From NCBI GenBank assembly GCA_964248365.1, contig CAXTYC010000046.1, positions 9,306 to 32,980 of the forward strand: a DNA stretch of 23,675 nucleotides, written 5' to 3'. A model generated the notes under the pieces. It worked only from the letters and a program-made list of their open reading frames with translations. It was not told the DNA's origin and made no database searches. The position numbers were made by a program, and so were the translations under genes. The DNA comes from an uncultured Chroococcidiopsis sp. (GTDB lineage Bacteria; Cyanobacteriota; Cyanobacteriia; Cyanobacteriales; Chroococcidiopsidaceae). Shown in pieces: positions 16,667-23,675 of this stretch. Numbering within the stretch: position 1 is the stretch's first letter; every line of letters begins with the position of its first letter.

Positions 16667-17088
16667 TATTTCCTCCTGGGTTTGAGCTTGGGTTGATAAT
16701 CCTCTTGCGTGGTGGGGTTGGAATGAGACAATTCAGTACTGAATCGGGATGAATCAGTAGCAGCAGAAATATCTGCCTCCTGCGAGATTGGCTCTCCCTT
16801 TTTGCCTTTAACTGCTCCTATATAGCGCCGCAAAGTGGAAGCACTAATTGAAAAACCACAGTCCTTTAAGAGAAGAGCTAAGTCTTCATAGGTATATCCC
16901 TTGCTCAGAGCGTGGATAATCTTAGATCTATTCGACTGAAGATATTCTTTAGCCGAGCGTGGTTTAGCAATTGACGGAAGCTGTTCTAATTTTTCAAAAA
17001 ATGTTGAAAATACTGCATCCAAATCTGGTTGCTGAGTCGATGAAGTTGATGCTAGCTCTCCAGTAGGCTTTTGACCTGATGAATCCAT
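16666..17088 (-). CDS. TraK/MobC-like small DNA-binding protein
   Basis: KIIHALSKGYTYEDLALLLKDCGFSISASTLRRYI HTH-like motif; stop overlaps the next start (TAGTG). Confidence 0.65.
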   Translation of the reverse strand: MDSSGQKPTGELASTSSTQQPDLDAVFSTFFEKLEQLPSIAKPRSAKEYLQSNRSKIIHALSKGYTYEDLALLLKDCGFSISASTLRRYIGAVKGKKGEPISQEADISAATDSSRFSTELSHSNPTTQEDYQPKLKPRRK

Positions 17089-17286
17089 AACGAAGCACTT
17101 ATATTCTCAATATCATCTGCATCAAGATCTAGCAGTTTTGACTAGATGCCCAACAAGACGTGAAGTGTTCTTGAATATAACAGTTCTATTTATTCCCCCA
17201 AGCAACGGCAGCAAGTGAAATTATGTTAATTCAACCTGACAAAAAGCTACCACCCTCCTCATTAAAACCGACAATAATAATCTACT

Positions 17287-17559
17287 GCACTTGTAGTAAA
17301 TTTGACTTTATGCTGCAATAACCTTAATAAAACTTGAATTCTATAGTTTTAAATATCATCCCCTGTTGGGGCAGTAAATGAAATAATGTTAAATATTTTT
17401 CCTGAAAAGCCCACCACGTTTTTGCACAAAACTGTCCAAAGTAACACGAGGCACTTGCAGCAGTTTTTACTTTATGCTGCAATAACCTTAATAAAATTTG
17501 AATTAAATACTTTAAATATCATCCCCTGCTAGAGCAGTAGGTGAAATAATATTAAATAT
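17287..17559. repeat. Imperfect ~110-bp direct repeat, two copies, non-coding
   Basis: 17287-17396 aligns to 17451-17559 with one indel; identical blocks ACTTTATGCTGCAATAACCTTAATAAAA and TTTAAATATCATCCCCTG. Confidence 0.9.
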
Positions 17560-17636
17560 CCCCGACGAAAAACTCCCACACCTAGCTAAAAATCGTCAAA
17601 AAAAAACATACTGCCCCAGCAGCCGTCGAATAAACC

Positions 17637-20600
17637 TTGGTAAAACTCCCCGAAAGAAGCCCCACACCCGATTTAGTAGTAACGGCAGCGACTGCTCCTG
17701 CTTCATCCACTTGGGGCGCAACTGTTCCAGTTTCTTGGACTGTTACTAACCAAGGTTCTGCCACAGCTCTTGGCGATTGGTATGACTACATCTACGCTTC
17801 GGGTGATGACACTTTTGACGCTACAGATACTTTAGTTAGTTATGTAGAAACAGGAGACCAAACACCTCTGGCTCCTGGAGCCAGCTATACCATTAGCAAA
17901 AATATCACTATCCCGGCTTCTGCTACTGGCAAATCCTACCTGCTATTTGTTACTGACAGAGATCGCAATCAGGGCGAGACTGACGAAACGAATAATATCA
18001 AAGCGATCGCTACAATAGGTTCACCTGACTTAGTAGTGTCAGCCGCTACTGCTCCAACCGATGCTACGTGGGGACAAACTATTCCAGTTTCTTGGACTGT
18101 TACTAACCAAGGTTCTGCCACAACTCTTGGCGGCTGGTATGACTACATCTACGCTTCGGGTGATGACACTTTAGATGCCACAGATACTCTAGTAACCTCT
18201 ATAGAGGCAGGAGGTAAAACGCCCCTAGCACCTGGGCAAAGCTACACTATCTCCCAAAACATTACCATTCCAACATCTGCCACAGGTAAATCCTATTTAC
18301 TGTTTGTTACTGACAGAGATAGACAACTGTTTGAGAGTAATGAAACGAATAATGTCAAAGCGCTTGCTGCATTGGCTGCTCCTGACCTTGTTGTTTCAGA
18401 AGTCATAGCTCCTCCCCCCTCTGCGTGGAACCAAACTATTCCAATATCCTGGACTGTGACTAATCAGAGCGAGCGCGCTGCCCGACAAAGCTGGTATGAC
18501 TACATTTATGCTTCCAGCGATGCTAACTTGGATGCAAAAGACATTGTTGTCGGCAAAACTCTCATCTCGAATCAAACACCCCTAGCCCCTGGAGCTAGTT
18601 ACACCCTAACCCAAAACATTACTCTACCGACTGATGCCACTGGCAAACCTTATCTGCTAGTTGTTGCCGATGGCAGTAACGACCAACTGGAGAGCAACGA
18701 GAGCAACAACGTACTAACGACACAACTAGGAGCAAATCAATGGGTGCATATTGCTGCTGTAGTGGATGCCTCGAAGGGAATGCAGCTGTATGTGAATGGG
18801 AAACTCCGAGCTGACGAAGCCACAGATAGTCGTCCATCCGCCGCTATAGTGCTGTCTGCCAGTTTTGGCAGCGCTACCAACACTTTGAATGGACAACTGG
18901 ATGAAGTTCGCATTTGGAATGTTGCCCGCACCCAAGCCGAGATCCAAGCGAACCTTAACCAGAGTTTAACTGGTAATGAGTCCGGTCTAGTTGACTACTG
19001 GCGGTTTGACGAAGGTTCAGGAACCACTGTTACCGACCAAACAACCAATCGCAACAATGGCACGCTAATGGGCGGAACGACATGGGCTGGGTACTCTGCC
19101 CCGGTTGGCACCTCCTCTGACGCGACTGGTCAGCGCCGCTTTACCTACGACCCAACCTTCAATCAGATCACTAGCACAACTGACGAATTGGGGCGGCAGA
19201 TATTATATGACATTGACCCCACCGATGGCAATATTCGCTCTACCACCCAAGTAGTGGGTGCAGTCGGTGGAACGGATGATGTAGTCACCCGTTATACCTA
19301 CACTGCTCACGGACAAATTGACACCATTACAGATCCTTTGGGGCGGATAACAGATTACGACTATGACACTCATGGAAACCTAATTAGAACCACGTTTGCT
19401 AAAGGAACAGTGGATGAAGCCGTGCAGCGATTCGAGTATGATGCGGCTGGTAATCGTACTGCAAGTATTGATGAAAACGGTAATCGTACCCAGTATGTTT
19501 ACGATGCGCTCAACCGACTAGTCAAAGTAATTGAAGCAGATCCGGATGGTTCTGGTCCTCTCACCTCTCCTGTTACTACTTTCGCCTATGATGCTGACGG
19601 CAACCTGATTGCTACCACTGACGTACAAAATCACACAACACAGAATGAATATGATGCCCTCAGTCGCCGTACCAAAACCATTGATGCTATTGGCGGTGTC
19701 ACCTCTATCGGCTACGACGCTAAGGGTAATCCAATATCCATTACCAATCCTCTGGGTCACAAAACACAAAACAAGTATGACAGCCGCGATCGCCTAATTG
19801 AATCCATTGACCCCCAAGGTGGTCGCACTGGGTATCGCTACGACTTTGACAATAATCTTACTGCTGTCATTGACCCACTAGGCAACCGCACTAGTTATAT
19901 CTACGATGCCCGTAACCGCAAAATTCAGGAAATCGATCCTCTTGGTAATACCACTGCTTATAGCTACAATTCTGTCAATAACCTATTAGCACAAACTGAC
20001 CCAAATGGTCACCTAACTCGGTTTGTCTACGACGATCTCAATCGCCTAATCCAACAGACTGATGCCAAAGGTGGCGTGGCTACCACAAGCTATGACGCAG
20101 TGGGTAATGTCGTCGCCCAAACTGACGAACTGGGGCGGATCACCCGATATACTTATGACAATCTCAATCGGCAAACTCAAATTACCGATGCTAGTGGTGG
20201 CATTACCAAATTTGGCTATGATGCAGCTGGCAATCTGCTGTCACTCACCGATCAACTAAACCACACTACCCAGTACACCTACGATGCCCTAAATCGTCGC
20301 ACCAAAGTGACTGACCCGCTGGGCAATAGTACAAGCTATGCCTACGACGGCGTGGATAACCTCACGGCAGTAACGGATGCCTTGGGGCGTACCACCCAGA
20401 TGGGCTACGATGCGCTCAATCGCCGTACTGCCACTATCGATGCTCTAGGTAACACAACAACTACAGCGTATGATGCCTTTGGTAATGCGATCGCCCTCAC
20501 CGATGAGTTGGGGCGGACTACTAAGTTCACCTATGATGGGCGCAATTTACAAACTGCTGTCATCGATCCGCTAGGACATACCACAACCAGCCAATATGAT

Positions 20601-23030
20601 GCTCATGGCAACTTGGTGGCAATTGCCGATGCATTGGGTAACACTAGTCGCTATCGTTATGACGCTAATAATCGCAAGACAGCAGTAATCGATCCTAATG
20701 GTCAGACAACAACCACTAGTTATGATGCAGTTGGTAATGTGCTAACGATCGCCGATCCAGTAGGCAACACCACTAGCTACAGCTACGATGCACTGGATCG
20801 AGTAGTTACAGATACGAACGAACTGGGCAAAACTCGTTCCTACCAGTACGATGCTGTAGGTAATAGAATTGCTGCAACCGATCGCAACGGACGCAAGCGC
20901 ACCTTCACCTACGATGCCTTAGACCGCCAAACCGCAGAAAAATGGCTCGATGCCAATGGCAACCCCATTCGTACAATTAACTACAGCTTTGATGCAGCCA
21001 GCCAACTTACTGCTGCTGGCGACCTTGACTCAGCTTACGCCTATACTTACGATGCTGCTGGACAGCTCACATCTGTGGATAATACAGGCACGAAAGGCTT
21101 ACCAAAGGTTGTTTTGGGCTACACCTACGATGCTTTTGGCAATCGTCTTAGTGTCACGGATGCAATCACTGGTCAGCTGCATGGCACTGAAGTTTACACC
21201 TATGATGCACTAAACCGCGTTACTCGCATTACCCAAAGTGGTAACAGCGTAGTTAATAAGCGAGTAGATATGGTTTACGATGCTGCAAGCCAGATGACAG
21301 GCTTAACTCGCTATGCAGATTTAGCTGGAACGCAATCAGTTGCGAACAGTACCTATAGCTATGATGCAGCTGGAAGATTAACGCAGCTAACCCATAATCG
21401 AGGGGCAACAACTTTAGCTGCCTTAGCTTGGGTTTACGACGTTGCCAACCGCATCACTCGGTTTACCTCGCCAGATGGCATTAGCAACTATACTTACGAT
21501 GCAACTGACCAACTGACTAGCACCGATCGTAGCTTCCAGAGCGACGAGGCGTATAATTACGATGCCAATGGCAACAGAACCAACACTGGTTATCAAACAG
21601 GTAGCAACAACCGCCTGTTAAGCGATGGCTTGTATAACTACGAATATGACAACGAAGGTAATCGGACTAAGCGCACTTCTATTGCTACAGGTGAAGTTAC
21701 CGAATACACCTGGGATTATCGGAATCGGTTAACTCAAGTTGTTACCAAAGATACTGCTGGCAACGTTATCAAATCTGCCGATTACACCTACGATGTGTTT
21801 GACCGCCGCATTGCTAAATCAGTAGATCCAGATGGGGCTGGAAGTGCATTAGCCACAGTTGAGCGCTATGTGTATGACGGTGACAACATTGCTCTGGTCT
21901 TTGATGGCAATGGTACTTCCTCTCATCGCTACTTGTATGGATCGGGAGTCGATTCTTTCCTAGCGGATGAGAATGCTTCTGGACAGGTATTGTGGGCGCT
22001 ATCCAACAACCAGGGAACTGTGCGCGATCTTGTAGATTCCACAGGCACTATCCAGAACCATATCACCTATGACAGTTTTGGGCAGATTACCACCCAAACT
22101 AATACAGCAGTAGACTTCCGGTTTGGCTACACGGGGCGCGAGCTTGATCAGGAGACAGGGCAATACTATTATCGCGCACGGTACTACGACGCAGGTGTTG
22201 GTCGGTTCATTAGTGAAGACCCAATTGGGTTTACAGCTGGGGATGCAAATCTCTACAGGTATGTTGGTAATTCTCCCCTCAATGCCACAGATCCAAGTGG
22301 AAATGACTGGACTATTCCAATGCCTGGAGGACTCCTTAACCGAGCTGCCGCAGCTGGCGCAGGGCTTCTTAACCGAGCTGCCGCAACAGTAGGAGCAGCA
22401 GAGATCGCAATACCAGCAGTCGTCACAGGTGGCGTGATTGTTGGCACTCAAGAGCGAACGGCAGATGATACTGCTATACTTCGCAATCGCACTCGTAGTA
22501 ATACTGGTTATAACCCAGATTTAGATCCAAATAGGATCAATCGTCCTAGTAATGTACCACAGCTAAACATACCTAACCATACTGGTCATCCAAGGGCTGC
22601 GGATGTAGAAACAGGGACTCGTCCTTTTCCTGGCGCAGGCTCCAGGCAGGAACGAGATACTCACACTCTTCCTCGCTCTTGCCCCGCGGATTTTTCTCCA
22701 CCTTATTTTTCAAGTTCCGATGATGAAGAAAATTCGACTCCTGCATCAACTCCAGTTGGAAGGAAAGGATCGCCTTTCGATATAGAGCCTGGAATTAATC
22801 AACCTAGGACAATTGGAGGTCGCGAGTATTCAGGCCACGCTTTAGACCAAATGCAGGGACGTGGATTAACGCCATCTGTTGTAGAAAATACTGTTCAGGC
22901 AGGACAGTCAATGCCAGGAAAGAGAGCTGGAACAACTGCCCATTATGATTCTGTCAACAATGTTACTGTAATTACTGATACGGCTACTGGCCGTGTGATA
23001 ACAGCTGCTCCTGGGCGAATTAAACAGTAA
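17637..23030 (+). CDS. RHS/YD-repeat polymorphic toxin: 3 CARDB, partial LamG, YD repeats, RHS core and C-terminal RNase-like toxin; probably 5'-truncated
   Basis: CARDB (PDLVV...VSWTVTNQG...E.NETNN) at 17667, 18024, 18381; LamG (WVHIAAV, GQLDEVRIWN, YWRFDEG); many YD repeats; core YYYRARYYD...RFISEDPIG...NLYRYVGNSPLNATDPSG ending at 22301; tip YSGHALDQMQGRG. Confidence 0.9.
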   Translation: MVKLPERSPTPDLVVTAATAPASSTWGATVPVSWTVTNQGSATALGDWYDYIYASGDDTFDATDTLVSYVETGDQTPLAPGASYTISKNITIPASATGKSYLLFVTDRDRNQGETDETNNIKAIATIGSPDLVVSAATAPTDATWGQTIPVSWTVTNQGSATTLGGWYDYIYASGDDTLDATDTLVTSIEAGGKTPLAPGQSYTISQNITIPTSATGKSYLLFVTDRDRQLFESNETNNVKALAALAAPDLVVSEVIAPPPSAWNQTIPISWTVTNQSERAARQSWYDYIYASSDANLDAKDIVVGKTLISNQTPLAPGASYTLTQNITLPTDATGKPYLLVVADGSNDQLESNESNNVLTTQLGANQWVHIAAVVDASKGMQLYVNGKLRADEATDSRPSAAIVLSASFGSATNTLNGQLDEVRIWNVARTQAEIQANLNQSLTGNESGLVDYWRFDEGSGTTVTDQTTNRNNGTLMGGTTWAGYSAPVGTSSDATGQRRFTYDPTFNQITSTTDELGRQILYDIDPTDGNIRSTTQVVGAVGGTDDVVTRYTYTAHGQIDTITDPLGRITDYDYDTHGNLIRTTFAKGTVDEAVQRFEYDAAGNRTASIDENGNRTQYVYDALNRLVKVIEADPDGSGPLTSPVTTFAYDADGNLIATTDVQNHTTQNEYDALSRRTKTIDAIGGVTSIGYDAKGNPISITNPLGHKTQNKYDSRDRLIESIDPQGGRTGYRYDFDNNLTAVIDPLGNRTSYIYDARNRKIQEIDPLGNTTAYSYNSVNNLLAQTDPNGHLTRFVYDDLNRLIQQTDAKGGVATTSYDAVGNVVAQTDELGRITRYTYDNLNRQTQITDASGGITKFGYDAAGNLLSLTDQLNHTTQYTYDALNRRTKVTDPLGNSTSYAYDGVDNLTAVTDALGRTTQMGYDALNRRTATIDALGNTTTTAYDAFGNAIALTDELGRTTKFTYDGRNLQTAVIDPLGHTTTSQYDAHGNLVAIADALGNTSRYRYDANNRKTAVIDPNGQTTTTSYDAVGNVLTIADPVGNTTSYSYDALDRVVTDTNELGKTRSYQYDAVGNRIAATDRNGRKRTFTYDALDRQTAEKWLDANGNPIRTINYSFDAASQLTAAGDLDSAYAYTYDAAGQLTSVDNTGTKGLPKVVLGYTYDAFGNRLSVTDAITGQLHGTEVYTYDALNRVTRITQSGNSVVNKRVDMVYDAASQMTGLTRYADLAGTQSVANSTYSYDAAGRLTQLTHNRGATTLAALAWVYDVANRITRFTSPDGISNYTYDATDQLTSTDRSFQSDEAYNYDANGNRTNTGYQTGSNNRLLSDGLYNYEYDNEGNRTKRTSIATGEVTEYTWDYRNRLTQVVTKDTAGNVIKSADYTYDVFDRRIAKSVDPDGAGSALATVERYVYDGDNIALVFDGNGTSSHRYLYGSGVDSFLADENASGQVLWALSNNQGTVRDLVDSTGTIQNHITYDSFGQITTQTNTAVDFRFGYTGRELDQETGQYYYRARYYDAGVGRFISEDPIGFTAGDANLYRYVGNSPLNATDPSGNDWTIPMPGGLLNRAAAAGAGLLNRAAATVGAAEIAIPAVVTGGVIVGTQERTADDTAILRNRTRSNTGYNPDLDPNRINRPSNVPQLNIPNHTGHPRAADVETGTRPFPGAGSRQERDTHTLPRSCPADFSPPYFSSSDDEENSTPASTPVGRKGSPFDIEPGINQPRTIGGREYSGHALDQMQGRGLTPSVVENTVQAGQSMPGKRAGTTAHYDSVNNVTVITDTATGRVITAAPGRIKQ
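17667..18715 (+). repeat. Three intragenic CARDB repeats at exactly 357-nt period
   Basis: Copies 1 and 2 share long identical DNA blocks (e.g. TTCCAGTTTCTTGGACTGTTACTAACCAAGGTTCTGCCACA); copy 3 is more diverged. Confidence 0.85.
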
Positions 23031-23042
23031 ATTAAGAAAAAA

Positions 23043-23339
23043 ATGCACAAACAAGATCAGCAACAATATCGACTTATAAAAGAGTACTTACAAGAGTTTG
23101 AGAATGGTCAATTAAAGCTTGGTAGGCTCATTAATCTTCTTGAAGGACTAATTGGATCTCTCCAAGAAGTTGACAAAGAATGGAAAGATACTTTTCAAAG
23201 TGAATGGTGGACTCTGGAACAGGTGTATGCTGTAGCGCGTGATCGGCAAGAAGCAAAATTATCACTAGAAAGCCAAAACCTAGTTATTGAAGCAATAGAG
23301 AATATGAAGCATCTCTTGAAAGAAATCGAGAACAGTTAG
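23043..23339 (+). CDS. Putative immunity protein for the RHS C-terminal toxin
   Basis: 98-aa acidic, helical-looking ORF 12 nt after the toxin stop; call is positional. Confidence 0.75.
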   Translation: MHKQDQQQYRLIKEYLQEFENGQLKLGRLINLLEGLIGSLQEVDKEWKDTFQSEWWTLEQVYAVARDRQEAKLSLESQNLVIEAIENMKHLLKEIENS

Positions 23340-23343
23340 ACAA

Positions 23344-23416
23344 CAGCAAGATAAGGTAAGTACTGTTAACTCTGTTAAGATGATAGATTATTATCCGATA
23401 GCTTACCTTTCTTCTG
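23344..23416 (+). terminator. Imperfect long hairpin after the immunity gene, possible terminator or RNA-stability element
   Basis: AAGGTAAG (23353-23360) / CTTACCTT (23402-23409), extendable by CAG.AAGA / TCTT.CTG; large loop and no clean U-tract. Confidence 0.35.
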
Positions 23417-23675
23417 TGACCCTGGGGAGAGTATAAGAGGTCATTTATAAAGAAAAAGTAAAGGCAGGTAAGTTGGGTGCAACGCGAAAAAGTGGGATCA
23501 AGCTGGATAAAGTCTAACAGTCAAAATGGAGTCGCAAAAAGTTGACCAAGTACCAGCAGCCCATTGGCAGCGCGCGTGCAAGATCGCTTCAGCATTTCCC
23601 TGTAACCAGAATTTGCCATTACCGAATGGCACTAAGAAAAGCCGAAACGCTTGTGGTTTAAGCAGTTTGCAATTG

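Larger units (their letters stand above)
824..20494. repeat. Dispersed HIP1 octamers (GCGATCGC), cyanobacterial signature
   Basis: Seen at 824, 1176, 1413, 6784, 9586, 11566, 12130, 18003, 19786 and 20487; fewer than one expected by chance in 24 kb. Confidence 0.9.

Noticed and set aside
17598..17606. A9 tract as a phase-variation switch for the RHS gene
   Set aside because: An in-frame TAA (17631-17633) lies between the tract and the ORF, so slippage cannot extend the frame.
17089..17636. Canonical oriT nick site
   Set aside because: Only partial matches (CATCCCCTG versus YATCCTGY; TAAGTGC on the minus strand near 17095); not enough to call.
17667..18715. Diversity-generating retroelement TR/VR pair in the CARDB repeats
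   Set aside because: No reverse transcriptase in the window, and the differences are not adenine-specific.
213..22451. Short overlapping ORFs in the track (e.g. 213-404, 1111-1350, 2277-2486, 9445-9702, 12034-12318, 17582-17764, 21999-22451)
   Set aside because: They lie antisense or out of frame within well-supported genes and have no recognisable motifs.

Overview
Cyanobacterial plasmid DNA, possibly most of one ~24-kb plasmid. The evidence is at least 10 HIP1 GCGATCGC sites, a CyRepA1-type Rep, a partition pair and a tyrosine recombinase. Left to right: a 14-bp tandem repeat and a 19-bp repeat pair; an McdA-type ParA (SGGQGKT) with a small partner; an AT-rich putative defence cassette (3-TM protein, ThsB-like TIR, HTH-NACHT-NCH2); two tiny MITE-like elements; an RHH-type protein; a tyrosine recombinase; an AbiE type IV TA pair with a twin-palindrome operator; a DUF3854/helicase Rep carrying an internal palindrome; an iteron-type origin next to a 699-aa HTH protein (candidate second initiator); a traK/L/M-like (mobC/D/E-like) operon with no relaxase; a duplicated ~110-bp non-coding element; and a 5'-truncated CARDB-LamG-RHS toxin with an RNase-like tip and immunity gene. 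The best candidates for undescribed biology are the TIR + 3TM (+NACHT) cassette lacking any canonical ThsA, the dual-replicon architecture, and the McdAB-like pair with an upstream centromere candidate. All family calls come from motif recognition by eye; no searches were run.
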